Source of the DNA: Dehalococcoidia bacterium
Lineage (GTDB): Bacteria; Chloroflexota; Dehalococcoidia; GIF9; UBA5629
Assembly: GCA_050011565.1 (NCBI GenBank)
Contig: JBEKIW010000002.1
Span: 96,001-160,000 of the forward strand
DNA: 64,000 bases
Direction: 5' to 3'
Below are positions 59,521 through 64,000 of this stretch, in pieces (position 1 is the stretch's first letter; each line of letters opens with the position of its first letter). The position numbers and the translations under genes are program-made. Below the pieces are notes generated by a model. The model ran no database searches and had not been told where the DNA came from. It was given only the letters and a program-made list of their open reading frames with translations.

Positions 59521-61128
59521 ATGAATCTGGCAAGGCTGATGGAAGACAATGTGGCAAGGTTCGGCGAATATGACTTTGTCCACTTTGACGGGCAGTGGCA
59601 TACCAATGTCGAAATGAACCGCACGGTTAACTGGTTGGGCAATGCACTGAAAAGCCTAGGCATTAAAAAAGGAGACCGGATAGGTGTTCAGTTATTGAAC
59701 TGTCCCCAGCTAATACAGTCATTTTTCGCAGCCTTCAAAATCGGCGCCACATTGGTTCCGGTGAACCCGTCGCTGCGTGCCGACGAGCTCGCCTACATCT
59801 ATCAGGATGCCGGAATAAAAGCCTTAATCAGCAGCTCGGATGGCATGGACAGGATAAGAGAAGCCCGCCGCGAAGCACCCGAGCTAGAAAACGTAATCCT
59901 GCTTGGCGACGAAACCCCAGATGATGCCATTTCCTACGATAAAATCGTTAAGCAGGCTTCGGATGAACTGGTCATGGAGGACACGGATAACGACGATGTG
60001 GCCGTCATACTCTACACCGCCGGCACCACGGGCAGGCCAAAAGGAGTGATGCTGACCCATTACAACTGGTACACGCACGTTTCCGGATATTATGAGCTGG
60101 TATTACTGGATACCAGAGGCGTGATTGTCAAAGGAACGATTAGGGAGCCGGATGCTCGACAGGGTAAAAGGCGGACTAAGAAACAGGTGGAGGTTTTCGG
60201 TGTAAACCGGGACCGCGTCTCTCTGATTACTCTGCCTTTGTTCCACGGTTACGGAGTATTCGCCGTAAATCTTGAGTTCCTGACGGGCGGAAAGCTGGTC
60301 CTGCTCAGGCGATGGGATACCCAAGAGGCAATGAAGTCTATTGAACAATTCAAGGTCACCGAATTTCGCGGTGTGCCCACCATGTATATCCAGATGCTTA
60401 ATTACGCCGATGCCGGGAAATATGATTTGAGCTCCTTGCAGACCTGCATCTGCGGTTCGGCGCCCATGCCGCTGGAGGTAGCCCGCCGCTGGAAGGAGAG
60501 ATACGGCATCGATATCTGGGAAGGCTACGGGCTGAGTGAAGCCACCACCGTCAACTGCGGCAATGTAGCCGGAAAACGGCCGCCCAAATACGGCTCCATC
60601 GGCAAATGTTACCAGAAATGCAATACCATAAAGATATTCGACCACAATGATAAAGAACTGCCGCCAGGCGAGTTAGGCGAGATAGTTATCAAGGGCCCGG
60701 GGGTTATGAAGGGATACTGGAATAAACCTGAGGAAACCGCAGCTGTGCTTCGTAACGGCTGGCTTCACACCGGTGATATAGGCTATACCGATGAAGACGG
60801 CTATATTTATCTCACCGAGCGAAAGAAGGACCTTATCATCCGCGGCGGCGAAAACGTTTATCCCAAAGAGGTTGAAGATGTTCTTCACAGACACCCGCAG
60901 GTACTGGAAGCCGGAGTCATCGGCGTCCCCGACCCGGTTTACGGCGAGGAAGTAAAAGCGTTTGTCGTCCTAAAGACTTCGGGGGCAGCCTGTGAAGCCG
61001 AGCTAATAGAATTCTGCAAGCAGCACTTGCCTGCTTTCAAGAGACCAAAATCAATCCGGCTCATGGATGCACTACCCAAGAGCGCCGTGGGCAAGATACT
61101 CAGACGAGAGCTTAGAAAAATCGCTTAA
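59521..61128 (+). CDS. Long-chain acyl-CoA synthetase / AMP-binding enzyme
   Basis: YTAGTTGRPKG, LPLFH, EGYGLSE, GWLHTGD, GGENVYP.EVE, GKILRR. Confidence 0.95.
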   Translation: MNLARLMEDNVARFGEYDFVHFDGQWHTNVEMNRTVNWLGNALKSLGIKKGDRIGVQLLNCPQLIQSFFAAFKIGATLVPVNPSLRADELAYIYQDAGIKALISSSDGMDRIREARREAPELENVILLGDETPDDAISYDKIVKQASDELVMEDTDNDDVAVILYTAGTTGRPKGVMLTHYNWYTHVSGYYELVLLDTRGVIVKGTIREPDARQGKRRTKKQVEVFGVNRDRVSLITLPLFHGYGVFAVNLEFLTGGKLVLLRRWDTQEAMKSIEQFKVTEFRGVPTMYIQMLNYADAGKYDLSSLQTCICGSAPMPLEVARRWKERYGIDIWEGYGLSEATTVNCGNVAGKRPPKYGSIGKCYQKCNTIKIFDHNDKELPPGELGEIVIKGPGVMKGYWNKPEETAAVLRNGWLHTGDIGYTDEDGYIYLTERKKDLIIRGGENVYPKEVEDVLHRHPQVLEAGVIGVPDPVYGEEVKAFVVLKTSGAACEAELIEFCKQHLPAFKRPKSIRLMDALPKSAVGKILRRELRKIA

Positions 61129-61167
61129 GTACCATCTCCGATAATCATAAAGTACTAGTGTCATCTA

Positions 61168-61196
61168 TTGACACCTGCTGTCGAAGCCAATACAAT
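61168..61196 (+). promoter_or_regulatory. Sigma70 promoter for the HdeD-family gene
   Basis: TTGACA-N17-TACAAT followed by an AAGGAGG SD. Confidence 0.75.
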
Positions 61197-61219
61197 TTCT
61201 TAGTCAAGGAGGTGGTATT

Positions 61220-61780
61220 ATGAGTGCGAAAGCTAATCCAATCGAGATACTTAACGAAAAACACTGGTGGGCAATAGCCCTGCGAGGGTTTGTGGCGCTG
61301 ATATTCGGCATCGTGGTACTGGCCTGGCCTGCAATCGCCCTGTTCATCTTGGCCATTGCCTTCGGCGCCTACGTTTTTGTGGACGGCATCTTCACCCTGG
61401 TAGCTGCAGTAAACTACAAAGCCGGAGCCGGAAGGCGTACCTGGCTGTTTATCCGGGGCATAGCCGGCATTATCGTCGGTCTCATTACCTTTTTCTGGCC
61501 GGCAATTACAGCCTTAGCCTTAGTCATTATTATAGCCGCCTGGGCACTGGTCACCGGAGTTATGGAGTTGATTTTTGCCTTCAAGGCAAACCAGGACTCC
61601 GCTATCAGGTGGATGTTCGCCATCAGTGGTATCCTCTCTCTAATTCTTGGAGCCCTAATGGTGGCACAGCCTATTTTAGGAGCGCTGGTTATTGTTTGGG
61701 TAATCGGAGCTTACGCTGTGCTGGCCGGTATACTGCTTATCATTCTCGGCTTCAGGCTGCGCAGCGTCAAGGCCAGTTAA
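61220..61780 (+). CDS. HdeD/DUF308 membrane protein
   Basis: WW..LRG..FG..WP repeats; about 6 TM helices. Confidence 0.9.
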   Translation: MSAKANPIEILNEKHWWAIALRGFVALIFGIVVLAWPAIALFILAIAFGAYVFVDGIFTLVAAVNYKAGAGRRTWLFIRGIAGIIVGLITFFWPAITALALVIIIAAWALVTGVMELIFAFKANQDSAIRWMFAISGILSLILGALMVAQPILGALVIVWVIGAYAVLAGILLIILGFRLRSVKAS

Positions 61781-61932
61781 AAGGCGTCGAAACGACAACT
61801 TCCAAAAACGTATACTGCACACCGGCAAGAATTAGCTCATGACCCGGCACCAGAACATCTTGCCGGTGCAGCCGGAAGATTATTTCGTAGGGTCTGCTTG
61901 TCTTTCCGAGTCAAAACAGACTTTTATAGCCG

Positions 61933-62157
61933 TTATTTCCACGCGCCCATGCCGGGCCACAGGAAACGATGCGGCGCCAGACCAAGAGCGGCCACGAGAC
62001 ACCAGATAATCACGCCGATAAAGGCAGCCAGCACTGACCATTTCCCCACCATCGCCAGTTCTTCCTCTCTGCCGGAAAAGACCCAGAACGTAATAAAGCC
62101 GATTGGTGGGAAGAAGAAAGACGCAATGTATACTAAATACTGAACCCAACCTAACAT
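61933..62157 (-). CDS. Small membrane protein
   Basis: SFFFPPIGFI..W; AAGGAGG SD. Confidence 0.75.
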   Translation of the reverse strand: MLGWVQYLVYIASFFFPPIGFITFWVFSGREEELAMVGKWSVLAAFIGVIIWCLVAALGLAPHRFLWPGMGAWK

Positions 62158-62437
62158 GATGAACCTCCTTATGTGTTTGTAAAAAATTATATACAGTCCT
62201 TCATTAAAAAGTTATAAATTAAGCCTGAAGAACCTTGAAAAACTATTACATTTTGAAATGTCTTTATTCCGGCGGACAATTACGAAAATCCATGAAGTAG
62301 CCCTAAGACATCAACCCACCCACACCCATGTCTTTTATGGTGGGCCAGTGTGGACAGTTCCCGAATTAGTATTTGAGAAGAAGCAATTCATTCCAGTTTT
62401 GCAGCAACTGCTTTAACCCCATAAAAAGCCACTAGAC

Positions 62438-63115
62438 TCAGATAACACCTGTCTTTTTTAGATAGCGAAGTAAGGATTTGCTTTGTCTTGCCCTTTGTTC
62501 CATTTGCTCTCTTAGTACAAATCCCTGATTCTGCGTAGCGTAATTCCTATGTAGGACATCAATGATTTTTTCATAGATTTGTGTCAACTTGTTTAATTGT
62601 TGCTTATTTACTGCATGTCCCCGACCAGCAAAGGAAAAAAGTTCGCCCGCAAAATTACCCCAATCCCTTATAGGGGCTATGGGCTCACCACGCTTCTTAT
62701 TTATTGCTCTCTCGTCAATATGTTCAAGGGCATCTCGTAAATCTATGTCCTCACCAAATATCTCCGTGAATTTAGTGTGTATGTTTTTAAGATCAGAGCT
62801 TGGTAGCTCCTTACATAAACGCTTTAGAAGTTTATTGATTTGACCGATACAATCAAAATAGAAATGATAATCACAATAGAGTCTTAACAAGCTGAAGTCC
62901 CGACTCCGGGTTCTGGAAGCATATGCGGCAATTTTTACAGAGCTCATTTCCTCGCGAAGATTCTTGTCTATATTTTTACGGGTTCTTTGGATTCTTGCAG
63001 TTTGCATGATTGCCCCATTTATATAGTGCTCTAAATGATAGAGAATCAAAGAGGCACTTCGGTTATTGGGAGCACTATCGATATGTCCCCAATACTTCCA
63101 AGCTAACTTATACAT
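62438..63115 (-). CDS. Hypothetical protein (possible HEPN-like helical protein)
   Basis: 225-aa ORF with GGGAGG SD; RDALEH motif (R-x4-H). Confidence 0.65.
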   Translation of the reverse strand: MYKLAWKYWGHIDSAPNNRSASLILYHLEHYINGAIMQTARIQRTRKNIDKNLREEMSSVKIAAYASRTRSRDFSLLRLYCDYHFYFDCIGQINKLLKRLCKELPSSDLKNIHTKFTEIFGEDIDLRDALEHIDERAINKKRGEPIAPIRDWGNFAGELFSFAGRGHAVNKQQLNKLTQIYEKIIDVLHRNYATQNQGFVLREQMEQRARQSKSLLRYLKKTGVI

Positions 63116-63393
63116 ATAAAACCTCCCTTAACTTCAATTATAGTTGGCGAATCAGCGGGTAAACAAGTTGGTGAAATGTTTTCTGCGGAGTAATACGTAA
63201 AAGTTTGATTGGGGCAATCTTGTGTAGGGAGAGGAGGCGTGGCTGGATTGTATTATAAAAGAGAATCCTGTGGCGATGTGAAGCTTATAAACATTAGTAA
63301 CTTCTTTTTGGACAACTCATAGGCGTATAATGGTGTTAGTTGAGAGACTCTTAAATGGTATGGGGATAATTTGATTTATGAGGTGGTACAAGG

Positions 63394-64000
63394 ATGAAAG
63401 AGAAGAAGTGCTTCGTCATTATGCCGTTTTCTAAGACTGAGTCGTGTAGTCAGCAAACATGGACAAAGACATATGAAGAGATGATTAAGCCAGCCATTAC
63501 TGGAAGCAAACTAGGTTTTACTTGTGAGAGAGCTAAGCCAAGAACTGGGAGTCTAATAAGAGACATCTTGACCAAGTTGAATGTTGCTGATGTTGTGATA
63601 GCCGACCTCACTGATAGGAATCCCAACGTCTTTTATGAATTGGGTGTCAGGCATACACTGAGAAACCGTACTATTCTTATTGCCCAGGATTTTGAACATG
63701 TCCCATCCGACCTGCAACCATATGGAGTAATTGTGTATGGGAGAGGACAAACTGGACGTGATGACTTCAAAAATAAAATAAGGGGAATACTACGGGAGAT
63801 GATTGAAGCTCCTGACAAACCAGATAGTCCTGTAGCTGATTTCTTAACGGAGACCAATCGGGCACTACTCTCACAAGAGAAATCGGCCAACCTTAGGAAG
63901 TTAACGGCATTTCTTTCTGAATTATCGTATAACGCAGACACAGCCGATAATATCCTCGTCTTGGCAAAGCAAAGCTTAGAGCGAAAGCAGAAGAATAGGC
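63394..64000 (+). CDS. Nucleoside 2-deoxyribosyltransferase/TIR-like domain protein (3'-partial; not in ORF track)
   Basis: Manual translation MKEKKCFVIMPFS..ADVVIADLTDRNPNVFYELGVRH..VPSDL; open to the window end. Confidence 0.8.
   Translation, partial: MKEKKCFVIMPFSKTESCSQQTWTKTYEEMIKPAITGSKLGFTCERAKPRTGSLIRDILTKLNVADVVIADLTDRNPNVFYELGVRHTLRNRTILIAQDFEHVPSDLQPYGVIVYGRGQTGRDDFKNKIRGILREMIEAPDKPDSPVADFLTETNRALLSQEKSANLRKLTAFLSELSYNADTADNILVLAKQSLERKQKNR

Larger units (their letters stand above)
62338..64000. mobile_element. Left end of a probable genomic island (tRNA-3'-end att scar), running off the window
   Basis: Reverse complement of 62338-62355 = GT-CCACA-CTGGCCC-A-CCA; AT-richer orphan genes follow. 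Confidence 0.6.

Noticed and set aside
63633-63941. 102-aa minus-strand ORF
   Set aside because: Antisense shadow of the NDT/TIR-like gene starting at 63394

Overview
Gene-dense chromosomal window from an anaerobic bacterium. Gene content and style suggest Chloroflexota/Dehalococcoidia (inference, no search run). Most of it is metabolic or housekeeping: acyl-CoA catabolism, AOR+MoaD, a 2-oxoacid:ferredoxin oxidoreductase operon, ispH, feoAB-fur, tilS, MFS transporters, rubrerythrin and tRNA-Ala(TGC). Highlights: (1) an nrpR-hisF-like-glutamate-synthase(FMN domain) operon with a perfect TTGACA-N17-TATAAT promoter and an NrpR-type operator at the start site; its HisF has substitutions at HisH-coupling residues; (2) tRNA-3'-end attachment-site scars at 62.3 kb and 48.1 kb bordering AT-richer cargo, including a partial NDT/TIR-like gene; (3) a LarA-family racemase plus duplicated-LUD oxidoreductase operon; (4) a CheB-CheR-PAS fusion with a 27-bp tandem expansion beside a 6-PAS hybrid kinase; (5) nested REP-like palindromes; (6) a histidine phosphatase gene that appears to need an ATT start. 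No CRISPR array, rRNA or intact transposase/integrase was seen. All family calls come from motif recognition, not database searches.
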